Shown: positions 18,459 to 29,327, counted from the stretch's first letter. The stretch: 34,540 nucleotides of DNA from Chlamydiota bacterium (GCA_038534095.1 JBCAXK010000012.1:1-34540), one strand, 5' to 3'. Program-made: numbers and translations. The notes: a model not told the origin generated them from the letters alone.

Positions 18459-18531
18459 TGGATTGAGCAGGACTCGAACCTGCAACCGTCCGCTTAGAAG
18501 GCGGGTGCTCTATCCATTGAGCTATCAATCC
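18459..18531 (-). tRNA. tRNA-Arg(UCU)
   Basis: Reverse complement GGATTGATAGCTCAATGGATAGAGCACCCGC-CTTCTAA-GCGGACGGTTGCAGGTTCGAGTCCTGCTCAATCCA. Confidence 0.96.
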
Positions 18532-18586
18532 GTTTTTATTTAGATGATTTCAATAAATCCCCTTTAGATTAAGATGAATTTCGAAA

Positions 18587-19389
<803 letters not shown>

Positions 19390-19393
<4 letters not shown>

Positions 19394-19908
19394 AACCTCC
19401 CTACGTTTTTTGCTTCATCGCTACCCTCTGTTCTTGCATTCTCAGCGCTTTTTTCATTTTAAGCGCCCTTTCACTGCAGAACCCTTCCCCTCCTGAGATC
19501 GAGGAAACCATTCCCTATACTCCCCTTTTTTCCAGTGGAGCTACAAAAAAGACGCTTTGGTCACAAAGAAATCCCTATCCAAAAGGGGTACTTTCTGCAG
19601 GTCATCTCGACTGTTTTCTTGAAAAAACAGGGAATAGATCCTACTGCAAAGAGCATTTGCATCAGGTACACCTCGATCTTTTTACCGAAAAAAACCCCCA
19701 TACATTTACGCTGAAACAAGCCTTTTCTTCGTTTGCTGTCTATTCTTTTGAAGACAAGAGTCTCTTTTTTCCTGAAGTAACCCTCTTCTCTTACGACGCT
19801 CCTGTAAAAAAAGATCAGCCTCTACAAATTTGGAAAGCCGAAAATGCGAGCGCTTTTTTGCAAGAAGATATAGAGATCATCGCCCCAAAACTACAAGTTT
19901 TACAATGA
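19390..19908 (+). CDS. Single-TM periplasmic protein, probably LptC-like
   Basis: ATGA overlap with the kdsA stop; N-terminal hydrophobic helix; beta-rich body; located between kdsA and lptB. Function is inferred from position. Confidence 0.55.
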
Positions 19909-20757
19909 TTCACTCTTCTTTCATAAAAACGTTCATTCTATTTGTTTTTTAAAAAATTAAAAAACAGTGAACCCTATTGGAATGCTTTTTTCATGTATGT
20001 TCGCATTGTTTATGCAAATATTGTTTCTATTCATTATTTCTTAGAACCTTTTCAAGGCTTATTTTTAAACGAAAAAACTCCGTATCGGATAACGCCTTAG
20101 GTAAGATCTTATTGCAGCTGGGACATGGGACGTCGGTTCTTTTTTTCATAAGGATTTGTTGGCAAGGGCCTAATCTTTTTGTAGTCCTTTCGTAGATTTT
20201 TCGTTCTTTGAAGACTCGGACGCTTTTGGGAAATGTGCTCCGATTTTCTTTCCTTCCAAAGAGCTAGGAAGCGTAAAAAACTCTTGATATACTGCGCAGA
20301 AAAGCTTGCATGAATGACTCTTCAATTACGAAAACGACTTTCTCACAAGCCATTCTACGCAAGAGTGTCTGTTTCCTCCAAAACATTCTATTTTTAACAA
20401 AAGGCTACATGATCTATCAGCAGTTATTTAGTGGTGTTATTCTGAAAATGTACAGCTCGTCAATACTGCGCATTGTACATAAAATAGGAATGTCTAGCTC
20501 TTATTGATTACATCTATACGCCTATGTATTCGCAAGTCAGATGACTAGTTCAAGTATGGACAGAGCCGATGCGCAAGCCTCTTCGATCCATAGTAAGAAC
20601 GTCATTGCTTACTATAAGAGAGCGCGCTTAAAAAGATCTTTCGATTAACGCAGCGCTAAACGCGACTAGCCACAAGTTAGCCGAAAACTCTCCGAGAAAA
20701 AAGCTCTTTTCTGCATCTCAATTTTTTGTAAAAATGGAGAAAAATCTCTCCGCATTC

Positions 20758-21492
20758 ATGGCTACAAAAGAACCAGTTTTACAAGTAGAGCAGCTGCAGA
20801 AGTCCTTACAGAAAAAACGCATTTTACAAGATGTCTCTTTTCAGGTGTACCCAGAAGAGATCGTAGGGCTTTTAGGGCCTAATGGGAGCGGGAAAAGCAC
20901 CCTATTTCAAACAATCATGGGAATTTTGCGCCCCGATCATGGAGAAATTCGTGTACACGGAGAAAACGTTTCCCGCTTACCTCTGCACACAAGAGCAAAA
21001 AAAGGGCTCGGCTACCTCTCCCAAGAGCCCTCAATTTTCCGCGATCTCACGGTAGAAAACAACCTTCTTGCCATCTTGGAACTACTCCCCTACAAAAAAC
21101 AAGAGAGGCTCGAAAAACTCGAACTGAGCCTCATGGAGCTCGACCTAAAAAAAGTGCGGAAGAAAAAAGCCAAACACCTCTCTGGAGGAGAAAGAAGGCG
21201 CCTAGAAATTACCCGAGCTTTGCTCTTAAATCCTTCCATTTTTTTATTAGATGAACCTTTTGCCAACATTGACCCCCTCTCTATCGAAGAGGTCAAGCAA
21301 TTAGCTCGGCATTTGAAAAACAAAGGGATTGGGATCTTGATCACCGATCATAACGCAAGAGAGCTCTTTTCCATTGTAGATCGCTGCTACCTACTTTTTG
21401 ATGGAACCATTTTTTTTTCAGGAACGCCTAAGGAACTTCTACAAAATAGAGAAGTAAAACGCCTTTACTTAGGAAACTCTTTTGCTTTGTAA
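20758..21492 (+). CDS. lptB: LPS export ABC transporter ATP-binding protein
   Basis: GLLGPNGSGKST, GYLSQEPSIFR.LTVE.N, LSGGERRRLEI, LLDEPFANIDP, ILITDHN; start 20734 or 20758. Confidence 0.95.
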   Translation: MATKEPVLQVEQLQKSLQKKRILQDVSFQVYPEEIVGLLGPNGSGKSTLFQTIMGILRPDHGEIRVHGENVSRLPLHTRAKKGLGYLSQEPSIFRDLTVENNLLAILELLPYKKQERLEKLELSLMELDLKKVRKKKAKHLSGGERRRLEITRALLLNPSIFLLDEPFANIDPLSIEEVKQLARHLKNKGIGILITDHNARELFSIVDRCYLLFDGTIFFSGTPKELLQNREVKRLYLGNSFAL

Positions 21493-21501
21493 GGGGAAAA
21501 G

Positions 21502-21927
21502 CTACTTGGAAGAGGAAAAGACTTCAGCTTCCTCAAAGAAGAAAAAGATCTCTTTTTGGGCGTTTTCTAAACTGTCGGAACCGTGCACTGCGTTTTCGCC
21601 TACATTGTCTCCGTAAAGAGCTCTAAGAGTTCCTTCTGCCGCTTTCTTTGGATCGGTTGCTCCCATGATCTGACGATTTTTTTCCACCGCGTTTTCTCCT
21701 TCTAAAATGAGGGCAACAATCGGTCCTGAAGACATGAACTCTACCAGCTCTTGAAAAAATGGGAGATGACTATGTACGGAGTAAAAACTCGCTGCTCGCT
21801 CTTTAGATAAGTTGAGCATTTTGATCGCGGCAATCTTGAGCCCTTCTTTTTCAAAACGGTGAAGAATCGCCCCGATTACATGTTTTTTGGTCGCATCTGG
21901 TTTGATTAATGATAAGGTTTTTTCCAT
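21502..21927 (-). CDS. ndk: Nucleoside diphosphate kinase
   Basis: [28 protein letters not shown]. Confidence 0.98.
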   Translation of the reverse strand: MEKTLSLIKPDATKKHVIGAILHRFEKEGLKIAAIKMLNLSKERAASFYSVHSHLPFFQELVEFMSSGPIVALILEGENAVEKNRQIMGATDPKKAAEGTLRALYGDNVGENAVHGSDSLENAQKEIFFFFEEAEVFSSSK

Positions 21928-21991
21928 AATTTATCCTCGATTTTTGTCCAGTATAACTAGATAATTAATAAAAATCGTCTAAAATGTGTGT

Positions 21992-23107
21992 ATGAGTTAT
22001 GGAGACTACCCCGATCTAAGCAAGGTGAAAAAGATCCTTGTCATCAAATTACGCAATTTTGGTGATGTGGTCTTAACAACGCCTGTTTTCCGCACCTTGA
22101 AAGCAACGCTTCCAAAAGCATCGATTGACGCTCTGATTTATCAAGAGGGGTTGCCCTTACTAGAGAAGGCCCCCTTTATAAACCAGTGCTTTGTGTACGA
22201 TAAAGCCATCAAAAAGGGCTCTTTTCCCCGCAGGCTCGGTTACGAGTACTCGCTAATTCGGGCCATTCGCAAAGAGCGCTACGATCTTGTTTTCAATTTA
22301 ACAGAGGGAGATCGGGGAGCCTTTGTATCCCTATTTTCTGGAGCAAAATTTCGTGTTGGTTATGACACGGGGCCAAGAAGAAAAACTCGGATCTATTCCC
22401 ATCTAGCAAAGCTCTGCGGACAAAACCGTCACACCGTAGAAAAGAATCTTGACGCTTTAAGAAGAGTTGGGATTTTCCCAGAAAAAGAGGAAACCGAGCT
22501 CTTTTTCCCCTTAGAGAAAAGCGCTCTTCTATCAATGAAAAAAAAACTTGGTCACAACAAACCTTTTTTGTTGATTCACCCAACATCTAGATGGCGTTTC
22601 AAGTGCTGGCCCATGGCAAAAGTGCGCTCGCTTATTGAGCGTTTTTTAGAGGAAGGAACCAACGTTGTTCTTGTCTCTGGCCCAGACCCAGTTGAGCTCG
22701 ACATGACCGAAGTGATCACAAACGGGCTGCAATCTCCCCACTTCCAAAATTTTTCTGGTCAGGTGACCTTAGAAGAGCTAGGAGCGCTCATCCACCTTGC
22801 TAGGGGCACTCTTTGTATGGACTCGGTATCATTTCATATTGCAAGCGCCCTTAAGGCCTGCGTAGCCGCCATTTTTGGTCCCACTTCTCCCATTACTTGG
22901 GGCTCTTGGCAAAATCCGAACGCTGTGATTCTCCGAAATCAGTTCCCTTGTATGCCCTGCTACCGGGACGGATGTGGAGGGAGCAAAATCTCCGATTGCA
23001 TCGTCAAGCTACAGGTGGCAACAGTGTATGAAGCCCTATCCCGTTTTTTACACAAAGATCCTCAGGGAGATCCTACCGGGCTAAAAAGCTCTTTACGCTG
23101 CGTATAA
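21992..23107 (+). CDS. GT9 family glycosyltransferase, LPS heptosyltransferase III (RfaQ/WaaQ)-like
   Basis: KILVIKLRNFGDVVLTTP, YDLVFNLTEGDR, IHPTSRWRFKCW, DS...HIASAL, IFGPT. Confidence 0.88.
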   Translation: MSYGDYPDLSKVKKILVIKLRNFGDVVLTTPVFRTLKATLPKASIDALIYQEGLPLLEKAPFINQCFVYDKAIKKGSFPRRLGYEYSLIRAIRKERYDLVFNLTEGDRGAFVSLFSGAKFRVGYDTGPRRKTRIYSHLAKLCGQNRHTVEKNLDALRRVGIFPEKEETELFFPLEKSALLSMKKKLGHNKPFLLIHPTSRWRFKCWPMAKVRSLIERFLEEGTNVVLVSGPDPVELDMTEVITNGLQSPHFQNFSGQVTLEELGALIHLARGTLCMDSVSFHIASALKACVAAIFGPTSPITWGSWQNPNAVILRNQFPCMPCYRDGCGGSKISDCIVKLQVATVYEALSRFLHKDPQGDPTGLKSSLRCV

Positions 23108-23422
23108 ACACTTTTACGCAAAAAGGGGGCGCTTATAAATTTCATGAGCCAGTCTCTTGTTTGTGTGTAATAAAACTCGATCCATCTAGGCTTACTGCTA
23201 TCGCCAAGCTATTTTCAGGCTCATTTCTAGATCTTTCCTTGGTAGCGGGGACGCGCTCTAAAGCCTCACTTTGTAAGAGCCTGTAGTAAGTAGCGCTCTA
23301 CAACAACCCACATTTCAGGGCAATACAGGTTTCGACAAACTGCTCTTCCTGAGGAAACGTGATGTACAAAAATCTGCTCTTCATCAAGAATGTTCATGAA
23401 CTTTTTTATCAGGAGAAAATAT

Positions 23423-23788
23423 ATGGCCGCACCAACGCTCCCAAAAGGATTATCTTTCAATCTTGGCATTGATGCATCGATTGTAACAAATAAGCCTAGC
23501 GAAAAGCTCTCGGAATTATTGAACAATTGCACAAAATATTTTGCGCCCATCGGAGCGTTCCACGCGCTTATTCGACTAAGCTCGCTTAGCGAGCAACCGA
23601 CTCTAAATGCTCTTGTTTATCCGGTAGCATTAGTTTCTATAGCCTGCTTATGCACAAATTCCTTAAAAAAACAGGTGTCACCTCTTACAAAGATCTCCGA
23701 TGTATTTGCAAATACGGTAACTCTACATGGCGTGACTACTTGTTTCTACTTGACCAATCATTTTGTTGTGGAGTTGCATCAAAAGTAA
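23423..23788 (+). CDS. Small hypothetical hydrophobic protein (121 aa)
   Basis: AGGAG at 23411-23415 before ATG 23423; 2-3 moderately hydrophobic segments; followed by a hairpin. Confidence 0.6.
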   Translation: MAAPTLPKGLSFNLGIDASIVTNKPSEKLSELLNNCTKYFAPIGAFHALIRLSSLSEQPTLNALVYPVALVSIACLCTNSLKKQVSPLTKISDVFANTVTLHGVTTCFYLTNHFVVELHQK

Positions 23789-23823
23789 CTCCCCTTTTTC
23801 TCTCCTCATCACTGGAACCAAAG

Positions 23824-23850
23824 GCTTTTAGAAGATCTTCTTCTAAAAGC
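23824..23850. repeat. 12-bp perfect inverted repeat, possible terminator or stabilising hairpin
   Basis: GCTTTTAGAAGA-TCT-TCTTCTAAAAGC. Confidence 0.6.
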
Positions 23851-23998
23851 TCCTCTCCTCTGTTTGACTTATCTGCGCGCGGATTCGAGATAAGGGGCAT
23901 TACTCAAGGGAAATCCTATTTGAGAGACGCAGAGGTCGCTCTTCAAATATTTCCCTAAGTAACTGCGGAAAAAGTGCTTTTAGAGGAAATTTTTTTTG

Positions 23999-24057
23999 GC
24001 TCTAGACTAGCAAAACTCCAAGAATTAAGGTGTTTTGCTAGTCTAGAGCTTTTTTTT
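23999..24057 (+). terminator. 18-bp stem hairpin with T-tract; probable intrinsic terminator between convergent units
   Basis: GCTCTAGACTAGCAAAAC-N15-GTTTTGCTAGTCTAGAGC followed by T8. Confidence 0.7.
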
Positions 24058-24086
24058 AGATCTAGCTACTAGTTTTCAAGAGATGT

Positions 24087-25184
24087 TTAGATAGCTGGCG
24101 CTTTTTTCTTTTTGAAACGGTCTAAGTAATCAAGAGCTTTCCCTGTCCCTAGACAAACCGCCAATAAAGGGTTGTGAGCAACAAATACGGGGAGCCCTGT
24201 TTCTTTGATGAGCGCTTTATCAAGGCCTTTGATGAGAGCGCCTCCTCCTGCTAAAACCATTCCTCTTTCGACAAGGTCAGCGGCAAGCTCAGGTGGACAT
24301 TTTTCTAAAGTCAGTTTTACGCTTTCAATGATCTGCTGAATCGGCTCAGCAAGACATTCTCTTATCTCAACCGAATTGATCCTTTTTGTGATGGGAAGCC
24401 CCGCTACTTGATCACGACCGCGCACTTCCATTTCTAGCTCGTTGTCCCCTAAAGGATACGCAGAGCCAATGGTCATTTTGATGTCTTCGGCTGTTCTAGG
24501 ACCGATCATGAGGTTGTAGGTACGCCTCATGTAATTCATGATGCAATCATCAAACTCATCGCCTGCTATGCGGAGGGATCTTGATTCAACGATACCTCCT
24601 AGAGAAATGATCGCAATTTCGGTCGTACCTCCCCCAATGTCAATGATGAGGTTCGCAGAAGGTTCGTGAACAGGCAGATCCACTCCGATGGCCGCAGCCA
24701 TAGGCTCTTCAATGAGAACAACCTCTTGCGCTCCTGCGTGAAGAGCAGAGTCTTCAACCGCCCGTTTTTCGACTCCAGTGATTCCAGAAGGAACAGCGAT
24801 GAGGATTTTTGGGCGAAATAGACTTCTAGAAGGATTGACCCGTTTGATAAGAGCTTTGAGCATCCCTTCTGCAATTTCGAAATCGGCGATCACGCCATCT
24901 TTCATGGGGCGAACGGCGTGGATCTTACGAGGCGTTTTGCCGAGCATCGCTTTCGCTTTATGCCCTACAGCAAGGACCTCATTTGTGAGAGAATCGACAG
25001 CAACGACCGAGGGCTCTGCAAGAACAATTCCCTTGCCTTTTACGTAAACGAGGGTATTTGCTGTACCAAGATCAATCCCAATATCGCTAGAGAAAATGAT
25101 CGAAAGGCGGTTGTAGCGCTCAAGGATTCGTTTCTTGGCCTGTTTTAAAAGCTTTTGTAACAGTTCTTGCGTCGATTGACTCAT
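24087..25184 (-). CDS. mreB: Rod shape-determining protein MreB
   Basis: DIGIDLGTANT, RPMKDGVIADF, IEEPMAAAIG, DIGGGTTE, LAGGGALIKGLD. Confidence 0.98.
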   Translation of the reverse strand: MSQSTQELLQKLLKQAKKRILERYNRLSIIFSSDIGIDLGTANTLVYVKGKGIVLAEPSVVAVDSLTNEVLAVGHKAKAMLGKTPRKIHAVRPMKDGVIADFEIAEGMLKALIKRVNPSRSLFRPKILIAVPSGITGVEKRAVEDSALHAGAQEVVLIEEPMAAAIGVDLPVHEPSANLIIDIGGGTTEIAIISLGGIVESRSLRIAGDEFDDCIMNYMRRTYNLMIGPRTAEDIKMTIGSAYPLGDNELEMEVRGRDQVAGLPITKRINSVEIRECLAEPIQQIIESVKLTLEKCPPELAADLVERGMVLAGGGALIKGLDKALIKETGLPVFVAHNPLLAVCLGTGKALDYLDRFKKKKAPAI

Positions 25185-25196
25185 AAAATAGACACC

Positions 25197-28100
25197 TTAT
25201 GCCTGCAGGAGTTCTAGTACATCTTCCCATGTCAGCTTGCTGATCATTTCATCATCGCAACTTACTACTTTCTTTACGAGCCCTTTTTTCCGTTTTTGCA
25301 TCTCCACAATTTTTTTCTCTATCGTATTTTGTGTGATGAGTTTATAGGAAGATACAGAACGTTGTTGACCCATACGGTGGACCCGGTCAGTAGCCTGGCT
25401 CTCAACAGCAGGATTCCACCACATATCGTAATGGATCACCGTATCGGCCCCTACAAGGTTGAGACCTGTGCCCCCTGCTTTTAGGGAGACTAAAAATACA
25501 GGGATGTTGGGATCTTCATTGAACTCTTTCACAATTTGCAAACGATTTTTGCTCGAACCATCGAGATAAGAAAAGCGGATCCCTTTTTGCATAAAATCAC
25601 TCCGCATGATTTGCAACATGCGGGTATACTGGCTAAAGATAACCGTCTTATGCTTCCCCTCCACCAGGGTTTGGAGGAGCTCTAAGAGGAGCTCATACTT
25701 TGCAGAATCGTTTGGTTCTGCTTTTTCCTTTGCAAAAATCGCTGGATGGCAACAGATTTGCTTCAGCCTAGTTAGCGTAGCTAACACATGAATGTGCACC
25801 TTTTCAAAGCCATCTCTTTCAACAAGTTTTTCCAGTTCATCCCGCGCAGAACGGGCGTAAGAAGCGTACAGCTGTTTTTGCACATCTGATAGAGCGCAGT
25901 GGTATTCAATCTCCTCAACAGGAGGAAGTTCTTTTAAAACATCTTCTTTCATTCTCCGGAGAATAAAAGGAGCGATTTTACAACGAAGGTGCTCCACGTT
26001 TTGGGCGTGCTCTTCTTTCGGGGAGCGTATGTACTTTTCTGAAAAGCGTTCAAAAGAGGAGAGCAGTCCTGGCATAAGAAAGTCAAAAATGCTCCAAAGG
26101 TCTTCTAAGGAGTTCTCAATCGGTGTACCGCTCAAAGCGACCCGATAATGAGATTGGATCATTTTGACCGACTTTGCGTTGCGAGTTCCCCGATTTTTGA
26201 TGTGCTGCGCCTCATCTAAAATGACGTAAGCAAATAGGGTCTTTTCATAATGGGCGATATCTTTTTGCAACAGCGTGTAAGAAGTCACGACCACATCCCA
26301 ACTTGAGACCGTGTCGATCATTTTCTTTCTTGCTTGGGGAAGCCCATCGATGACCACCACTTTCAATGTAGGATTGAAACGGGCAAACTCCTCTTTCCAA
26401 TTGTAGAGCAGTGAAGTGGGGCAAACGATGATCGATACCGAAGGGCCCGACATCTCCCTCATTTGAGAGACAGCCGTAATCGCCTGCAACGTTTTCCCAA
26501 GGCCCATATCATCGGCTAATACTCCGTTAAGATGCATTTTACGCAATCTACTTAGCCAATCGACCCCCTCTTTTTGATAACTGCGCAGGTCTGCATTGAC
26601 CCCTTTAGGCATAGGATCTAAAGCTAGCGTTTTTTTCCCCAAAATCTGCTGGCGCACTTCTTCTAGCTGAGGAGATAGAGATAGGGTAATAGGAAGATCT
26701 TCTAACGCATTTTGCTCGATACCCATCAAGCTCCATAAAGGGCGATCCTCGGTACATGAGGAGAGTTTGACAATCCCAAGCTCATCGAAGATTTGCACAA
26801 GACGGGCCATTTTCGTAAGATCAATCACTAAAATTCGAGAAAATCGGGATCCTTCTCCGCCCCCTTTATTCTTTTGCAACTCAATAAAGGAGCGCTTTGA
26901 AACAATACAATCCCAAAGCAGATCGACTTTCACCCCTTTTAAAGGGCCTTCTACCTGCAAATTCAGCTTGTAATGGCCCACCTTTCTCGATAAATCTAGA
27001 GAGAGTGTGAATGTTGTTTGATCGTAGATGAACTGTTCTAGAAGGTTTTCAGGGCAATGAAATGTGATCCGATGCTGGTTTTTGGGAACGGTCCCTGTCA
27101 TGAATTCCACGATTTTCTTTTCCACTTTCAAAGAAAAAACGCCCGCTTTTCCGTCACACACAAAATCTTGAAACAGCTCTTCCATGATTTTTCTCTCATG
27201 AGCGAGGTTCCTCGCTAAGATTCCCTTATCTCCTACAAAAGATTCAATATCACTCCCCATCAATTGCTCGGGAGTTGCTGGCACTTTATGCCCATCATAC
27301 ACAAATTCTAAAGTAGCATCGAGCTCCCCATCGAGGTAAGAGAGATGACAAATCGCCTTCATATCCCCTGTGAACGGGAGCGTTGTAAATTTATCGATCA
27401 CCTCCAAATGCGCTACCTCTCCGTAAGATCGAAGCTCTGGAAGCGAGTCCTCAACAAACGTACCGAAGAGGGGCTCTGGGATTGTCATTTCCCGAATCGC
27501 CATGATTTGCTTGATATGAGTTCTTTTAATGTGCTTAGGAAAGCAGAAAAATGTGTGCTCATAGACGAGGCCTGGCATCGAAGAAGAAAATAAACAGACC
27601 TCTTCCATATTCACCTCATCTTGACCTAGCAAAAGGGTCGGCTTGATGAGAATCTTGGGGTAAGGGGGATCGATGTACTCTAAATTGAAACGGAAAAACG
27701 CAGAGGAGTAGGAGTATTTTAAGGGGGTCTCTAAGTTGCCGCTAAAAATAGAAGGCATGTTCCCTGTCTCTTCTATCCGGTTGACAAATCCTGATCGTTG
27801 CTGCTTCATCAAATGATCGTACACAAGCGAGAGGAGAAGTCCAAACGATTCTAATGGGATGAAGCCTGAACGTTTTACTCTGGACGCCGCATTGGGCATT
27901 TCAGCGCAGCTTAAAAGCAGTTGTAAAATTTCCGCGTCGACAGAAGAGAAAGAGCGCAAAGAAAATAGATACCTTTTTCCTCCAATCAAAATACTTTCTT
28001 CATAACGGAGCGCCTCCATAAATACTCCAAGGCTTGCGATCTGCAAAGGCTTCGAACGGAAAGGGAGGCGAAGAGCGAGCTGAAATTCCACCTTTTTACT

Positions 28101-28652
28101 TTTTTTCTGTAATGAATGGGGATTGAACACCATCATCAGATCGGCCTGTACAAAAGAGCTCTCTTCACTTGCTAGAAAAAAGGGGGAATGGGACAAGACC
28201 ATAGAAGCATTTTTGTATTCTTGAAGGACCTGTTTTTTTTGAATGAGACTCCGTTTTTGTACCGCTTTATTTTTTGCCTGTTCAATGGTTTTGAGCAGCT
28301 CTTGTTGTTCACCACTTTCTTCGGTGGTGATGTTGGTCTCTTTTGAATAATCGACCACAAGAGCGTCGAGCTTCTCCTCAATGTAGAAAATAAGAGCGGC
28401 TAAATGTTGGCAATCATACCGGTAAGGGCAATCACAATTCGAATGCACCACTTGGGATTCAAAGCGATCGATTTCAAGTTCACTTTCATAAGTATTGCCA
28501 TAGTTGCCAGCAACCTTTGCAGCGATTCGGACAAGGTCATTTTCAAGCCGAATGATTTTTGCAGATAAGACCTTCCCCATCTGATGGAGCTGCTTTCCCT
28601 CTTTAATGATGTTTGAAGAAAAATCTTGTTTGAGCTTACGAAAATTCAGCAT
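25197..28652 (-). CDS. SWIM zinc finger + SNF2 family helicase
   Basis: CDCPYRYDCQH SWIM motif; LADDMGLGKT, ILDEAQHIKN, LSGTPIEN, SLKAGGTGLNL, QATDRVHRMGQ. Confidence 0.96.
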   Translation of the reverse strand: MLNFRKLKQDFSSNIIKEGKQLHQMGKVLSAKIIRLENDLVRIAAKVAGNYGNTYESELEIDRFESQVVHSNCDCPYRYDCQHLAALIFYIEEKLDALVVDYSKETNITTEESGEQQELLKTIEQAKNKAVQKRSLIQKKQVLQEYKNASMVLSHSPFFLASEESSFVQADLMMVFNPHSLQKKSKKVEFQLALRLPFRSKPLQIASLGVFMEALRYEESILIGGKRYLFSLRSFSSVDAEILQLLLSCAEMPNAASRVKRSGFIPLESFGLLLSLVYDHLMKQQRSGFVNRIEETGNMPSIFSGNLETPLKYSYSSAFFRFNLEYIDPPYPKILIKPTLLLGQDEVNMEEVCLFSSSMPGLVYEHTFFCFPKHIKRTHIKQIMAIREMTIPEPLFGTFVEDSLPELRSYGEVAHLEVIDKFTTLPFTGDMKAICHLSYLDGELDATLEFVYDGHKVPATPEQLMGSDIESFVGDKGILARNLAHERKIMEELFQDFVCDGKAGVFSLKVEKKIVEFMTGTVPKNQHRITFHCPENLLEQFIYDQTTFTLSLDLSRKVGHYKLNLQVEGPLKGVKVDLLWDCIVSKRSFIELQKNKGGGEGSRFSRILVIDLTKMARLVQIFDELGIVKLSSCTEDRPLWSLMGIEQNALEDLPITLSLSPQLEEVRQQILGKKTLALDPMPKGVNADLRSYQKEGVDWLSRLRKMHLNGVLADDMGLGKTLQAITAVSQMREMSGPSVSIIVCPTSLLYNWKEEFARFNPTLKVVVIDGLPQARKKMIDTVSSWDVVVTSYTLLQKDIAHYEKTLFAYVILDEAQHIKNRGTRNAKSVKMIQSHYRVALSGTPIENSLEDLWSIFDFLMPGLLSSFERFSEKYIRSPKEEHAQNVEHLRCKIAPFILRRMKEDVLKELPPVEEIEYHCALSDVQKQLYASYARSARDELEKLVERDGFEKVHIHVLATLTRLKQICCHPAIFAKEKAEPNDSAKYELLLELLQTLVEGKHKTVIFSQYTRMLQIMRSDFMQKGIRFSYLDGSSKNRLQIVKEFNEDPNIPVFLVSLKAGGTGLNLVGADTVIHYDMWWNPAVESQATDRVHRMGQQRSVSSYKLITQNTIEKKIVEMQKRKKGLVKKVVSCDDEMISKLTWEDVLELLQA

Positions 28653-29212
28653 CGATCATCCAATCTAGAAGTTAACGTTAATGAGCATACATTTCCGCTT
28701 TTACCCGTTTCTGTTTACGAGAGCAAGAAAATTCGCGAATTTTTTCCTAAGAATTTTTGCTACCTCTCCCATTCTTCTCTTAAATTTTTTCTTAAGGGTC
28801 GTAGTCTAGATCCCCATTCGCAAAAAACGCGCTTTTTTGGTCTATCTGTTACGCAGACAACTGCGCGGAAAAATCCCTCCAGATTGTTCCAGATTGCTAC
28901 TGCCCCCTTTGTTCTTTTTATAGCAAGCTACCTTCAAACAAGTCTTTAAGCTCTCCTCCCTTACGCAGATCGTACATGCTTTGAGCATGTTTGATGACAA
29001 GACTCTTTTCTGCTCTGCGCCTAGTCTCTAAAAATTTTGCCAGCGGCTTACTGACAAAAAGATTTATCTGTTTTTTAGAGCATATTCTCATGGGCTGCAA
29101 CCGATGATCGAGCGCAAAAATCCTTTACTCAAGACCTTTCGAAGGCGTTTGCACTCACCTCAAATAAATTCTTGTTTTTAAGAAACCCTCCTTTTCAAGA
29201 TTTTCTCTACAG

Positions 29213-29242
29213 TTGATCTAAAAAAGGGCTGTTCCATATACT
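29213..29242 (+). promoter_or_regulatory. Sigma66-type promoter for tRNA-Gly-tig-clpP-clpX
   Basis: TTGATC-N18-TATACT, 13 nt before the tRNA. Confidence 0.55.
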
Positions 29243-29255
29243 TTGTTTTCTTTAA

Positions 29256-29327
29256 GCGGGTGTAGCTCAGTGGTAGAGCATCACGTTGCCAACGTGAGGG
29301 TCGTGAGTTCGAACCTCATCACCCGCT
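29256..29327 (+). tRNA. tRNA-Gly(GCC)
   Basis: GCGGGTG/CACCCGC acceptor; TCACG-TTGCCAA-CGTGA anticodon arm. Confidence 0.97.

Noticed and set aside
18448..18528. N-terminal extension of the 905-aa track ORF
   Set aside because: It is the reading frame running through tRNA-Arg(UCU); the likely start is ATG 18447.
25197..28652. SWIM-SNF2 helicase plus HsdR-N as an anti-phage system
   Set aside because: They are ~19 kb apart, and SNF2-mreB is conserved chlamydial core synteny.
28626..29100. ORFs 28626..28949 (+) and 28918..29100 (-) in the SNF2 / tRNA-Gly spacer
   Set aside because: No RBS, no recognisable motif, TTG starts; treated as divergent promoter region.
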